64,000 bases of DNA. Origin: Candidatus Acidiferrum sp. (GTDB lineage Bacteria; Methylomirabilota; Methylomirabilia; Rokubacteriales; CSP1-6). The notes under the pieces were generated by a model. It ran no database searches. It was not told where the DNA came from and saw nothing but the letters and a program-made list of their open reading frames with translations. Each line of letters begins with the position of its first letter. Within the stretch, counting starts at the first letter, position 1. Position numbers and translations under genes: made by a program. The stretch spans positions 6,751-70,750 of the forward strand of contig DATHGT010000059.1 in the NCBI GenBank assembly GCA_035317605.1, given 5' to 3'. Shown piece after piece: positions 46,048 to 56,674 of the stretch.

Positions 46048-49000
46048 CTGCAGCATAGCGAGTTCGTCCACCTGCACGTGCACTCGGAGTACAGCCTGCT
46101 CGACGGGGCGGCCCAGCTCGACAAGCTCGTGGCCAAGGCCAAGGAGCTGAAGTTTCCGGCGATCGCGCTGACCGATCACGGCAACCTCTTCGGGGCCGTC
46201 GACTTCTACATGGCCGCTCAGAAGAGCGGGGTCAAGCCGATCATCGGCTGCGAGCTGTACGTGGCGCCCGGCGGCCGCAAGGAGCGCGGGTCGAGCGACG
46301 GCGGCTACGAGGGCGCCAATCATCTGACCGTCCTCGTCCGCAACCACGCCGGCTACAAGAACCTGATCAAGCTGGTCTCCAAGGCGTACCTCGAGGGCTT
46401 CTACTACAAGCCGCGCGTCGACCGGGAGCTGCTGGCCAGCCACTCCGACGGGCTCCTCGTGCTCTCCGGCTGTCTCAACTCGGAGGTGTCTCGCTCGATC
46501 TCAGCGGGCGACCTCGCGCGCGCCCGCGAGACCGCCGGCTGGTACCAGGAGGTCTTCGGCAAGGACTACTACTTCATGGAGATCCAGGCCCACGGCCTGG
46601 ACGAGCAGCGCCGGGTCACCGCGGAGACGCTGGCCATCGCGAAGGCGATCGGCGCCCCCGTTGCCGGCACCAACGACTCGCACTATCTCGAGTCCACCCA
46701 CGGACGGGCTCACGAGGCGCTGCTCTGCATCCAGACCGGCTCCATGCTGACCGATCCCAAGCGCTGGCGCTTCTCCACCGAGGAGTTCTACGTGAAGTCC
46801 GCGGAGGAGATGGCGGTGGTCTTCGCCGAGACGCCGGAGGCGTGCCGCAACACGCTGGCCGTGGCCGAGCGCTGCAACCTCACGCTCGAGTTCGGCCGCT
46901 TCCACCTGCCGCGCTACACCGTGCCAGAGAACCACACGCTGGAGAGTTACCTCGAGCAGCTCGCGCGCGAGGGGCTGGCGCGGCGCTACGGCGCCTCGCC
47001 GGGCGAGGCCATCGAGGCGCGGCTCGCCCACGAGCTCAGCATCATCGAGAAGATGGGGTTCGCCGGCTACTTCCTGGTCGTGTGGGACTTCATCCACTAC
47101 GCGCGTGAGAAGGGCATCGCGGTGGGGCCGGGCCGCGGCTCGTCGGCGGGATCGCTGGTCGCCTACTGTCTGGCCATCACCAACATCGATCCCATCCGCT
47201 ACGGACTGCTCTTCGAGCGATTCTTGAACCCCGAGCGGATCTCGATGCCCGACATGGACATCGACTTCGCCGACGACCGGCGCGACGAGGTCATCCGCTA
47301 CGTGGCCGAGCGCTACGGCCACGACGTGGTCGCCCACATCATCACGTTCGGGACGCTGGGCGCCAAGGCCGCCATCCGCGACGTCGGCCGCGTGCTCGGC
47401 ATGCCCTACGGCGAGGTCGACCGGATCGCCAAGCTGGTGCCGACCTTCCCGCTCAACATCACGCTCGACGACGCCTACCAGAAGTCGCCGCCGCTGGCCG
47501 AGATGGTCAAGAGCCAGACCGCGGTCAAGGAGCTGTGGGACATCGCGCGCACGCTGGAGGGCTGCACGCGCCACGCCTCCGTCCACGCTTCGGCCGTGGT
47601 CATCTCCGACGAGCCCCTCGACGAGCACATCCCGCTCTACAAGGATCCCAAGCGCCCCGAGCTGATCACCGGCTACGCCATGGGGCCGATCGAGAAGCTC
47701 GGCCTGCTCAAGATGGACTTCCTCGGGCTCCGCACGCTCACCGTGCTCGCCAACACGGCGGAGCTCATCAACCAGTCGCGCGGGATCACCATCGACTTCG
47801 ACGCGCTCCCGCTCGACGATCCGAAGGCCTACGCGCTGCTCTCGGAGGCGCGCACGTTCGGCGTCTTCCAGCTGGAGTCCTCGGGCATGCGCGACGCGCT
47901 CCGCCAGCTCCGCCCGGAGCGGCTGGAAGACGTCATCGCCATGGTCTCGCTCTACCGGCCCGGCCCGATGGACCTGATCCCGGACTTCATCGCGCGCAAG
48001 CACGGCCGGGTCAAGATCACCTACGAGCATCCCGCGATGGAGAAGTTCACGCGGGAGTCGTACGGGATCATGGTCTACCAAGAGCAGATCATGCAGGTCG
48101 CCTCCGAGATGGGCGGCTTCACCATGGGCGAGGCCGACACCCTCCGCCGCGCCATGGGCAAGAAGGATCGCGACCTCATGGCCGCCCAGCGCGCCAAGTT
48201 CATCGCCGGCTGCGCCGACCGCAGCACCGAGAAGAAGACGGCCGAGCGCGTCTGGGAGCTGATGGAAAAGTTCGCCGGCTACGGCTTCAACAAGAGCCAC
48301 GCCGCGGCGTATGCGCTGGTGGCGTATCAGACGGCGTACTTCAAGGCGAACTATCCGGTGGAGTTCATGGCGGCGTTGCTGACGTCGGAAATGGGCGACA
48401 CCGACAAGATCGTGAAGTACATCGAAGAGTGCCGGGCCATGGGGCTCGAGGTCCAGCCGCCCGACGTCAACGTCTCGGCCGTGCAGTTCAGCGTGGCGGG
48501 GGAGACCATCCGGTTCGGACTGGCCGCGATCAAGAACGTCGGCGAGGCGGCCATGGAGTCGATCCTGCGCACGCGCAAGCTCGACGGGCCCTTCCAGGGC
48601 CTCGAGGATTTCTGCGTGCGCGTCGATCTCCGGCTCGTCAACCGGCGGGTGATCGAGAGCTTGATCAAGGCGGGGGCGTTCGATTCGCTCGGGCTGACGC
48701 GCGCGCACCTGCTCGCGACCACCGACGCCGCGCTCGAGGCCGGCCAGCGCCAGCAGCGCGACAAGGCCGAAGGGCAGGGGTCCTTCTTCGATCTGATGCC
48801 GGAAGCCGCGGCGGCGCCGAAGAAAGAGTCCACCGCGGTCGTGGCCGAGTGGGAGTCGGACCAGCGCCTGGCCTTCGAGAAGGAAGTCCTGGGCTTCTAC
48901 GTCTCCGGCCATCCGCTCGCGCGCTTCCGCGAGGCCGCCGTCCTCAAGGGGGCCACGCCGTCCGGCGACCTCGCCGCCCGGCCCACGGGCTCGCGCGTGT

Positions 49001-49524
49001 GGCTCTTCGGCCACGTGGTCGCGCTCAAGGAGACCGCGACCAAGAGCGGTAACCGCATGGCCTTCGTGACGCTCGAGGACACCGAGGGCACGATCGAGGT
49101 GACGATCTTCCCGGAGCCCTTCAAGGCCGCGGCCGAGCAGCTTCGCTCGCGCGAGGCGCTGTGGATCCGCGGGCGCATCGACGACAGCGACAACAAGGGC
49201 CGCGGCGTGCTCGCCGAGGAAGTGCGGCTGCTCGAGACCGTCCTCGGCGAGAGCGGGGGACCGGCGACGTCGGGCGAGCCCAACGCCGTGCGCGTGCGCG
49301 TGGTGCCGGGCGCCGATCCCCGCGCGACGGTGGCCGCCGTGCGCGAGATCTGCGCGGCCCATCGCGGACGCGTTCCGCTCTTCCTGCACATGGTGCTGCC
49401 GTCGGAGGAAGTCGTGGTGCGCGCCCGCGGCGTGCTCGTCGACGCCAGCGCGGAGCTCACCGCGCAGCTCGGGGCCTTGCTCGAGCCGACCGCGATCACC
49501 GTGGAGTATGCCGGACGCGCTTGA
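46048..49524 (+). CDS. dnaE: DNA polymerase III alpha subunit; the start is uncertain (CTG at 46048 or internal GTG at 46078)
   Basis: The PHP domain [16 protein letters not shown] is present. Full-length DnaE architecture is present through the OB fold. Confidence 0.9.
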   Translation: MQHSEFVHLHVHSEYSLLDGAAQLDKLVAKAKELKFPAIALTDHGNLFGAVDFYMAAQKSGVKPIIGCELYVAPGGRKERGSSDGGYEGANHLTVLVRNHAGYKNLIKLVSKAYLEGFYYKPRVDRELLASHSDGLLVLSGCLNSEVSRSISAGDLARARETAGWYQEVFGKDYYFMEIQAHGLDEQRRVTAETLAIAKAIGAPVAGTNDSHYLESTHGRAHEALLCIQTGSMLTDPKRWRFSTEEFYVKSAEEMAVVFAETPEACRNTLAVAERCNLTLEFGRFHLPRYTVPENHTLESYLEQLAREGLARRYGASPGEAIEARLAHELSIIEKMGFAGYFLVVWDFIHYAREKGIAVGPGRGSSAGSLVAYCLAITNIDPIRYGLLFERFLNPERISMPDMDIDFADDRRDEVIRYVAERYGHDVVAHIITFGTLGAKAAIRDVGRVLGMPYGEVDRIAKLVPTFPLNITLDDAYQKSPPLAEMVKSQTAVKELWDIARTLEGCTRHASVHASAVVISDEPLDEHIPLYKDPKRPELITGYAMGPIEKLGLLKMDFLGLRTLTVLANTAELINQSRGITIDFDALPLDDPKAYALLSEARTFGVFQLESSGMRDALRQLRPERLEDVIAMVSLYRPGPMDLIPDFIARKHGRVKITYEHPAMEKFTRESYGIMVYQEQIMQVASEMGGFTMGEADTLRRAMGKKDRDLMAAQRAKFIAGCADRSTEKKTAERVWELMEKFAGYGFNKSHAAAYALVAYQTAYFKANYPVEFMAALLTSEMGDTDKIVKYIEECRAMGLEVQPPDVNVSAVQFSVAGETIRFGLAAIKNVGEAAMESILRTRKLDGPFQGLEDFCVRVDLRLVNRRVIESLIKAGAFDSLGLTRAHLLATTDAALEAGQRQQRDKAEGQGSFFDLMPEAAAAPKKESTAVVAEWESDQRLAFEKEVLGFYVSGHPLARFREAAVLKGATPSGDLAARPTGSRVWLFGHVVALKETATKSGNRMAFVTLEDTEGTIEVTIFPEPFKAAAEQLRSREALWIRGRIDDSDNKGRGVLAEEVRLLETVLGESGGPATSGEPNAVRVRVVPGADPRATVAAVREICAAHRGRVPLFLHMVLPSEEVVVRARGVLVDASAELTAQLGALLEPTAITVEYAGRA

Positions 49525-50458
49525 CTTCGAGCAGCCGCTGCTCGAGCTGGAAACGCGCATCGCCGAGCTGGCCGCGCGCGACCCGACCCCGGCCCTGCGC
49601 GACGAGATCGCCAGGCTCGAGAGTCGCCTGGCGCGCCTGCGGGAGAAGACGTACGCCGGGCTGACCCCCTGGCAGCGGACCCAGGTCGCGCGCCATCCCA
49701 AGCGCCCGCACGCGCGCGATTTCTACCGGCTTCTCTTCGACGACTTCATCGAGCTGCACGGCGATCGCGTTCACGGCGACGATCCGGCGATCGTCGGAGG
49801 CCTGGCGCGCTTCGAGGGACGCAGCGTGGTCGCCCTCGGGCATCAGAAGGGGCGCGACACCCGCGAGAAGATCGCCCGGAACTTCGGTATGCCGCACCCC
49901 GAGGGCTATCGCAAGGCGCTACGCCTCATGCGGCTGGCCGAGAAGTTCAACAAGCCCCTGCTCACGCTGATCGACACGCCCGGCGCCTATCCGGGCATCG
50001 GCGCGGAGGAGCGCGGCCAGGCCGAGGCGATCGCCCGCAACCTGGCGGCGATGGCCGAGCTTCGCGTGCCGATCGTCGCGGTGGTGACGGGGGAGGGAGG
50101 CAGCGGGGGCGCCCTGGCCATCGCGGTCGCCGACCGCGTGTTCATGCTCGAGCACGCGGTCTACTCGGTGATCTCTCCCGAGGGCTGCGCCGCGATCCTC
50201 TGGAACGACGCCGCCAAGGCCCCGGAGGCCGCGGGACTGCTGCGCATCACCGCGCCCGACCTCCTGCGCCTGGGCGTGATCGACGCCATCATCGCCGAGC
50301 CTCCCGGTGGCGCCCATCGCGACTGGGACGCCACCGCCAGCGCGGTGCGCGACGCCGTGCGCGACGCCCTGGCCGTACTAGGCAACAGACCGCCGGACGC
50401 GCTCGTGACCGAGCGCTACGAGAAATTCCGCCGCATCGGGGTCTTCGAGGAAGACTGA
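49508..50458 (+). CDS. accA: Acetyl-CoA carboxylase carboxyltransferase alpha subunit
   Basis: [17 protein letters not shown]...[15 protein letters not shown] is present. The conserved dnaE-accA order is present. Confidence 0.9.
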   Translation: MPDALDFEQPLLELETRIAELAARDPTPALRDEIARLESRLARLREKTYAGLTPWQRTQVARHPKRPHARDFYRLLFDDFIELHGDRVHGDDPAIVGGLARFEGRSVVALGHQKGRDTREKIARNFGMPHPEGYRKALRLMRLAEKFNKPLLTLIDTPGAYPGIGAEERGQAEAIARNLAAMAELRVPIVAVVTGEGGSGGALAIAVADRVFMLEHAVYSVISPEGCAAILWNDAAKAPEAAGLLRITAPDLLRLGVIDAIIAEPPGGAHRDWDATASAVRDAVRDALAVLGNRPPDALVTERYEKFRRIGVFEED

Positions 50459-50470
50459 ACCCCCTCGAGC

Positions 50471-50496
50471 TCGGGCAAAGATCTCGCCCGATTTCG
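50471..50496. terminator. Putative bidirectional hairpin terminator between convergent accA and the radical-SAM gene
   Basis: The hairpin is TCGGGC-aaagatctc-GCCCGA followed by TTTCG. Confidence 0.3.
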
Positions 50497-50513
50497 TGGA
50501 CAGGCTCAGGGGC

Positions 50514-51968
50514 TCATTCCTGGACAGACGGCACGAGCATGTGCGCGGTTTTTTTCAAGACGCGCTTGGCCAAGGCCTTGATTCCGACGCTGGGCGCTGG
50601 GCGTGCTGCCCCGGCAATATCGGCCGGTGTCGAGCGTACCTGGTCGTCCCACGCGAAACCGGCCGCCGTGAAGAAGCCGAGCAGCTCCGCATTGACTTCG
50701 CGGAAGCTCTGGCCGCGGCTGGCGTCGAGATCGTTGGTGAAGAGCATCAAGGTCCGCCAGGCTCTGTGGTCGCGCCCTCGATCTTCGATGGACTCGATGT
50801 GCTTGACCAGGGACAGAACGTGTGTCCGTTGCTCTGCGGCGAGGCCGCCGTCCGCGGCGTACGCGTTCAACCTCTGGGCCGCCAAAGATCGGGCGGGGCG
50901 GGGCAGGACGCCGATATCCAAGAACCAGGGCAAACTCGCCGGTCGGATATGGTACGGGATCTTTTTGCCGTCGAGGAACTGCAAGAGGGAAACGATGTTG
51001 AGCGCATTGTAGACTTGCAACACCGGCGTCGCGCCGATGTACCATCGCGCTCGATCGCCCGCAAGCTCGACCAACGTTTCGATGTTGCGGCAGATGACAG
51101 GCCACTTGGCAGGGTACCGGATGTACTCCAGGACCGAGCCAAAGCCGTCGAGGCTGAGACCGAAATTGACGGCTTTGAATCGGCGAAGTTTGCTCAACAT
51201 GGAATCCCGCAACACCGTGCAATTGGTATTGAGGTCCAGCGTGATCTTCGGTGCGACTCCGCGGCGAATCAGCTCCTGCAGGATGCGCTCGACTTGCTTC
51301 TCGAGCATCGGTTCGCCGCCGGTGAAGTACAGGGCCTCCAGCTCGTGCGAATTCCGAAGGAGCACCTCATCGATCCAGGCATCGTCACGGTACCAAGGGC
51401 CATCGGGCAGGCGCGACCCGCCGTCCGGCCCGAAGACCTGCATGTTCTGGCGCTCCGAGGCCGGCGATGGCTGCACGAGCGTGTAAGTCCAGGGACGATG
51501 AACGTCATCGCGTTCGATCCGGGAGCTGAACGTCGGACGGCACATGCGGCATTTGAGGTTGCACACGTTGCCGGGCATGAGCTGGTAATACAGCGGCAAA
51601 CTGGAAAGGACGTGGTTCCGGGCCTGGGATTCGGCGATCAGCTCGTGGAAGTGTGATCCCAACTGCTGGGCCCAGCGGGCGTTGGACAGGGTCCGGTGGC
51701 TCTCCCCGCTACGCGCTTCCGAGTGATAACAATCCATGCACGGCTGCACCTTCTCGCCCGCCAGCATGTCACGCCGCACCGCCTGCATGGCCGGCGAATT
51801 CCAGATGTCCTCGAGCCTGTGATGCTGCACGGACAGGCTGCCGCCGTCATGCTGAATCTGGCCGTTGGCCACACAGCAGAGCTTGACCGACCCCTCGGGA
51901 AACAACGCCAGGTGAATCCAGGGGAAAATGCAAAAGGTCTTGCTCAGTTCGCGGCCAGGCTCACTCAC
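50514..51968 (-). CDS. Radical SAM protein with an N-terminal Cys-rich SPASM/twitch-like segment preceding the CxxxCxxC core
   Basis: The core motif is CNLKCRMC. Upstream of it lie FCIFPWIHLALFPEGSVKLCC and QPCMDCYHSE. GGEP is present. Confidence 0.6.
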   Translation of the reverse strand: MSEPGRELSKTFCIFPWIHLALFPEGSVKLCCVANGQIQHDGGSLSVQHHRLEDIWNSPAMQAVRRDMLAGEKVQPCMDCYHSEARSGESHRTLSNARWAQQLGSHFHELIAESQARNHVLSSLPLYYQLMPGNVCNLKCRMCRPTFSSRIERDDVHRPWTYTLVQPSPASERQNMQVFGPDGGSRLPDGPWYRDDAWIDEVLLRNSHELEALYFTGGEPMLEKQVERILQELIRRGVAPKITLDLNTNCTVLRDSMLSKLRRFKAVNFGLSLDGFGSVLEYIRYPAKWPVICRNIETLVELAGDRARWYIGATPVLQVYNALNIVSLLQFLDGKKIPYHIRPASLPWFLDIGVLPRPARSLAAQRLNAYAADGGLAAEQRTHVLSLVKHIESIEDRGRDHRAWRTLMLFTNDLDASRGQSFREVNAELLGFFTAAGFAWDDQVRSTPADIAGAARPAPSVGIKALAKRVLKKTAHMLVPSVQE

Positions 51969-52099
51969 GATACGCAGTCCTTCACGGAACAGGGGTCGTA
52001 CCGCAGTTGGTTTGCGAGTTGGCGCGGAGTATAGGGAGGGGGATCACCGTTGGCAAGGCGATTTATCGCCGGGCAGGGGGCCAGCGAAGCCCCCCCGAG

Positions 52100-53086
52100 T
52101 TACTTCAGCAGCGTGAGGGCGACGTCCTCGTCGGTGACGAGGACGTTCATGAACTTGCCGTTGACGGCGCCGCGCACGGCCTCGGCCTTGCCTTTTCCGC
52201 CGGCCACGGCGATCACGTAGCGCTCGTCGTGGCGGGACAGGGCCTGGAGGCGCCGGCTGTCGACCGACACTACCCGGTGCATGAGGATGCGCAGCTCCGC
52301 ATGATCGACCAGCGCGCCCCCGGCGTCGAACGGCTGGTAGTTGATCTCGCCGACCACGCCGAGCTGGCGCAGGCGCTTCACGCTCACCCCGTACGATTCG
52401 GCCAGCGAGCAGAATCCCGGCGTCTGCTCGGCGATCTGGCCGATGCCGACCAGGGCCACGTCCACGGACTGCGCGGCCTCGTAGATGTGGCGGATCTCGG
52501 GGTCGCGGAGCTGCCGCCGCCGCTCGCGCTCGACCTCGCGGAGCGACGCCAGGTGCTGGACAGGCAGCGCGTAGGCGGTCACGTGAGGGCGGTACTTGGC
52601 CGCCATCATCCCGACCAGCGTGTTCGGCGAGATGTCCACGAGCTTGAGCGTGCTCTCGCTGGACAGGGGATAGAGGGCGAGGTCGCGGAACCGGCGCTCG
52701 CGCAGCGCGCGGACTGTCTGATAGAGCGTGAACCCGCAGGAGAGGCCGACCCGCATGCCGTGGGTGACGATCTTCTCGAAGTAGGCCGCGGCGGCCACGC
52801 CGAGCTCCTCGCGGATGTCGCCCCGCCCGCCCGCGGTCACCACCACCGCCTCGCGCAGCCCGAAGCGCTGGACCAGCGCGGTCTCCAATTCCTGGGTGCG
52901 GGGCAGATCCAGCTCGACGCGCACGAGCCCCTCGTCGACCGCGCGCTTGAGCAGGCGGGAGACGGTGGCCGGCGAGACCCCCAGCGCCTCCGCCACGTCC
53001 TTCTGGCTCTTGGCCTGGCGATAGTAGAGCTCGAGACACTGCACCATCTGCTTGAGCTCGCCCGGCCGCCGAGAAAGTAATTTCAT
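52100..53086 (-). CDS. SorC/DeoR-family sugar-phosphate-binding transcriptional regulator (CggR-like)
   Basis: The N-terminal HTH is QKDVAEALGVSPATVSRLLKRA. The C-terminal domain is a SorC-type sugar-binding domain. Confidence 0.7.
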   Translation of the reverse strand: MKLLSRRPGELKQMVQCLELYYRQAKSQKDVAEALGVSPATVSRLLKRAVDEGLVRVELDLPRTQELETALVQRFGLREAVVVTAGGRGDIREELGVAAAAYFEKIVTHGMRVGLSCGFTLYQTVRALRERRFRDLALYPLSSESTLKLVDISPNTLVGMMAAKYRPHVTAYALPVQHLASLREVERERRRQLRDPEIRHIYEAAQSVDVALVGIGQIAEQTPGFCSLAESYGVSVKRLRQLGVVGEINYQPFDAGGALVDHAELRILMHRVVSVDSRRLQALSRHDERYVIAVAGGKGKAEAVRGAVNGKFMNVLVTDEDVALTLLK

Positions 53087-53180
53087 GGCGTAAGAATTCT
53101 TGCTTGACGGCGCTCAGTGTACCCCGCTATTCTCAGCATCGTCACGTTCTTTTGCACCCATCACGGCCAAGGAGGGCAGC

Positions 53181-54701
53181 ATGGGAGCCAAGCGGTACGG
53201 GGCGGCCAACGGACAGAAGAAGCCCACCCTCAACGACTATCACCAGTCCAGGGACGAGCTGGCCGGCCTGCCCCAGACCGTGGCGGAGAAGATCCCCGTC
53301 ACGAGCACACCGAACATCTTCTCGTACAAGTCCTACGTGTTCGCCAAGAACCCCGCGCTCGTCCAGCGCTACATCAAGGCCACCAAGGCCGACGTGGGCG
53401 GGGTCGGGGGGCACGTGGTGGCCGCGGACGAAGTGAAGTCGATCATCGCCAAGTTCGTGCTCGACAACAACGGGTACCGCGGCGAGCCGATCTTCACCTC
53501 GCTGATCGTCACCCACACCGGCGACGACGTCGCGCTCACCGGGATCATGAGCGAGGCGATCGACATGTCGGTGGTCGACGAGCTGATGTGGGACGCGCTG
53601 CAGGAAGGCGCGAGCAAGGCGGCCGAGCTGGGACTCTACGGCCCGGGCCAGGACCTGGTGGCCGACGCCTTCACCGGCAACCTGCGCGGCGCCGGCCCGG
53701 CCACGGTGGCCTTGTCGCTGCCCGTCCGCAAGGACAACGCCTCGCAGACCGTGCTGGCCTCCTTCGCCGACAAGACCGAGCCCATGGCCTTCAACTACTA
53801 CGCGACCGGCGCGTACCTGTTGCCCCGCTTCAACACCGGCCTGGTCATCGCGGCGTCGAAGATGAAGCGCGGCTACCTCATGGACGTCGTCGACCTCGAC
53901 ACCAAGGCCCAGGCGGTCGAGGCGGGCGCGCACCCGCGCGACCAGCGCGCCCTCGACGGCAAGATGGAAGAGCTGGCCAAGGGCCTCCAGGAAAAAGTCA
54001 TCCGCCTGCGCGCGCCCGAGGACCTCTTCGACATCGAGGGCCTCTGCCGCTCCTCGCGCTTCGTGATCGCCCGCATCTGGAGCCGGAACGAGAAGGGCGA
54101 GGCCGACGGGCTGGGCTACATCTGCTCGGCCGAGCGGCTGCACAACATCAAGACCAAGAAGGGCTTCACCTACGGGGGCAAGGACGATCCGGTGCTGCTG
54201 GCCTTCTGCCAGGGCGACTGGCCGGCGCCGGGCGAGATCACCTCGCCGTGGGCGGCCTGTCCGATGGTGGCGGGCGACTGCCGGGGCAGCCACAACCTGC
54301 ACATCCTGCCCATGCCCATCAACTCGCAGACGTCGTTCTGGTCCGGGCCGATCATCTCGGCCATCACGTTGTCCTGCAACATCCACACGGGCCGCATCGG
54401 CGCCATCTCCGATCAGTTCTCACTGGGCACGCCGTGGGACGAGGTGCGCCGGCGGGCCTCGGCGCTGGCCATCGATTTCCGCAACGCTCACGGCATCAAG
54501 CAACCCGCGACGCTGCACGAGGACGAGCTGGAGTACCAGGAAGGCTGGAAGGAGCGGCGCGCGCGGCTCGAGCGCCAGTTCGAGTTCCGGCCCGCGTTCG
54601 CGGTCGGCATGAACGGCCACGGCTCGTCGAACGGCCATGGCGCGCCGAAGGCTCAAAAGAAGGTCGGCGCCGGAAAGGGCCGTCCAGAAGAGATCGACTA
54701 G
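53181..54701 (+). CDS. fbp: Fructose-1,6-bisphosphate aldolase/phosphatase (class V, archaeal-type bifunctional FBPase)
   Basis: KADVGGVGGHVVA, KTEPMAFN and GSHNLHILPMP match conserved FBP aldolase/phosphatase motifs. The RBS AGGAGGG is present. A terminator-like hairpin follows the gene. Confidence 0.8.
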   Translation: MGAKRYGAANGQKKPTLNDYHQSRDELAGLPQTVAEKIPVTSTPNIFSYKSYVFAKNPALVQRYIKATKADVGGVGGHVVAADEVKSIIAKFVLDNNGYRGEPIFTSLIVTHTGDDVALTGIMSEAIDMSVVDELMWDALQEGASKAAELGLYGPGQDLVADAFTGNLRGAGPATVALSLPVRKDNASQTVLASFADKTEPMAFNYYATGAYLLPRFNTGLVIAASKMKRGYLMDVVDLDTKAQAVEAGAHPRDQRALDGKMEELAKGLQEKVIRLRAPEDLFDIEGLCRSSRFVIARIWSRNEKGEADGLGYICSAERLHNIKTKKGFTYGGKDDPVLLAFCQGDWPAPGEITSPWAACPMVAGDCRGSHNLHILPMPINSQTSFWSGPIISAITLSCNIHTGRIGAISDQFSLGTPWDEVRRRASALAIDFRNAHGIKQPATLHEDELEYQEGWKERRARLERQFEFRPAFAVGMNGHGSSNGHGAPKAQKKVGAGKGRPEEID

Positions 54702-54744
54702 AGGCGATCGTCTCTCCCTCCCGAGCGCCTCTTTCGATACAGAC

Positions 54745-54772
54745 GCCGGCCGGAGAACCCGGCCGGCGTTTG
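54745..54772 (+). terminator. Putative rho-independent terminator downstream of fbp
   Basis: The hairpin is GCCGGCCGG-agaacc-CGGCCGGC followed by GTTTGACTTG. Confidence 0.4.
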
Positions 54773-54822
54773 ACTTGATGTAGCCCCGATGCTACGGTCG
54801 GGGTCGTAACTCTGGATCACGC

Positions 54823-56166
54823 ATGGCAAAACTTCATCTCATCACGTACGGCTGTCAGATGAACGAGTACGACTCCGAGCGCGTGGCGGGGTTGCTCAAG
54901 GCGCAGTCGTACGAGCTCACCGAGAACGAAGCCGACGCCGATCTGATCCTCCTCAACACGTGCGCGATCCGCGAGAAGGCCGAGGACAAGGTGTTCTCCA
55001 AGCTCGGCGAGCTGCGCAAGGTCAAGGCGCAGCGGCCGGACGTGATCGTGGGCGTGATGGGATGCATGGCCCAGCTCCATCATCAGGAGATCCGCCGGCG
55101 GGCCCCCGTCGTCGATCTCGTGTTCGGCTCGCCGGCCATCGGCCAGGTCGCGAGCCTGGTCGAGCGCGTACGGCGCGACCGCAAGCCGATCGTCGAGACG
55201 GGCGAAGCCCCGCTGGTCAAGATCACCGCGCGGCCCGACGGCGCGCCGAAGCTCCGGGCCTACGTCACCGTGATGGAAGGTTGCGAGAAGCACTGCACCT
55301 TCTGCGTGGTGCCGACCACGCGTGGCCGCGAGCGCAGCCACGCCCCCGAGGTGATCGTCGACGAGATCCGCGGCCTGGTCGCCGACGGGTGCCGCGAGGT
55401 GACGCTGCTCGGCCAGACCGTCAACGCGTACGGGCGCGATCTCACGCCGCCCACGGACCTCGCCGCGCTCTTCGAGCGGGTCAACGACGTCGATGGCCTG
55501 GCCCGCATCCGGTTCACGACCTCGAATCCCTACAACCTCACCACCCGTCTCATCGGCGCGCTGCGCGACGTCCCCAAGGCTTGCGAGTACCTGCATCTAC
55601 CGCTTCAATCAGGTTCCAACCGCGTGCTGGAGCGGATGAACCGCGGCTACACGCGCGAGCGCTATTTGGAGCTGATCGCCGAGGTGCGGGACGCGGTGCC
55701 GGAGATCGCGCTGTCGACCGACCTGATCGTCGGCTTTCCCGGGGAGACCGAGGACGATTTCCAGGCGACGCTGGAGATGGTGGAAACGATCGGCTACGAC
55801 AACGTCTTCGCCTTCCGCTACTCGCCGCGACCGGGCACGCCGGCGGCGAGCTTCCCGGATCAAGTGGCGCCTGACGTGAAGGCCTCGCGCAACGCCCGCG
55901 TGCTCGAGACGGCCGGACGCGTGGCCGCCGAGCGGAGCCGCCGCCTGGAGGGCCGCACCCTCGAGGTGCTGGTGGACGGGGTCTCGAAGCGGAACGAGGC
56001 CGAGATGTCCGGACGGACGCGCTGCAATCGGGTGGTGAACTTCCACGGTCAACACCGCGTCTCGGTCGGCGACGTGGTCCCGGTGCGCGTCACCGAGGCG
56101 CTGCCCCACAGCCTACGCGGAACGCTCGCGTCGAGGCCGGAGGATGCCGAATGTTCCTCGAGATGA
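54823..56166 (+). CDS. miaB: tRNA-2-methylthio-N6-dimethylallyladenosine synthase (radical SAM methylthiotransferase)
   Basis: The MTTase N-domain LITYGCQMNEYDSE...LLNTCAIREKAE is present. The radical SAM motif CEKHCTFC is present. A TRAM domain is present. Confidence 0.85.
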   Translation: MAKLHLITYGCQMNEYDSERVAGLLKAQSYELTENEADADLILLNTCAIREKAEDKVFSKLGELRKVKAQRPDVIVGVMGCMAQLHHQEIRRRAPVVDLVFGSPAIGQVASLVERVRRDRKPIVETGEAPLVKITARPDGAPKLRAYVTVMEGCEKHCTFCVVPTTRGRERSHAPEVIVDEIRGLVADGCREVTLLGQTVNAYGRDLTPPTDLAALFERVNDVDGLARIRFTTSNPYNLTTRLIGALRDVPKACEYLHLPLQSGSNRVLERMNRGYTRERYLELIAEVRDAVPEIALSTDLIVGFPGETEDDFQATLEMVETIGYDNVFAFRYSPRPGTPAASFPDQVAPDVKASRNARVLETAGRVAAERSRRLEGRTLEVLVDGVSKRNEAEMSGRTRCNRVVNFHGQHRVSVGDVVPVRVTEALPHSLRGTLASRPEDAECSSR

Positions 56167-56663
56167 AAGTCCGCGGGCTCGCGCTGGATCCGCTGTCCAA
56201 CATGCCGATCATCATCCTCAAGGACGAGGAGGACAAGCGCACCCTGCCCATCTGGGTGGGGATTTTCGAGGCCAACGCGATCGCGCTGGAGCTCGAGAAG
56301 ATCGCCACCCCCCGTCCCATGACTCACGACCTGATCAAGAACATCCTCGAATCCGTGGAAGCGCGGGTGACCAAGGTCGTGGTCACGGACCTCAAGGAGA
56401 ACACCTTCTACGCGGTGCTGCACCTGCAGATCGGCGAGCGGGAGTACACCGTGGATTCGCGTCCCTCCGACGCGATCGCGCTGGCCCTTCGGGTGGCCGC
56501 CCCCATCTACGTCGACGAAGAGGTGGTGCGCAAGGCCAAGACCCTCGAGGTGGCCACCAAGGAAGCCGAAGCCGAGCCCGTGAAGACCGACGATCCCGAC
56601 CGGGTCAAGGAGTGGCTCGGCAGCATCAAGCCGGAGGACTTCGAGAAGTTCAACAAGGCCTGA
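56151..56663 (+). CDS. Bifunctional nuclease family protein (BFN/DUF151)
   Basis: MPIIILKDEEDKRTLPIWVGIFEANAI... matches the BFN domain. The gene overlaps the miaB 3' end. Confidence 0.65.
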   Translation: MFLEMKVRGLALDPLSNMPIIILKDEEDKRTLPIWVGIFEANAIALELEKIATPRPMTHDLIKNILESVEARVTKVVVTDLKENTFYAVLHLQIGEREYTVDSRPSDAIALALRVAAPIYVDEEVVRKAKTLEVATKEAEAEPVKTDDPDRVKEWLGSIKPEDFEKFNKA

Positions 56664-56674
56664 CGGGCGGCTGC

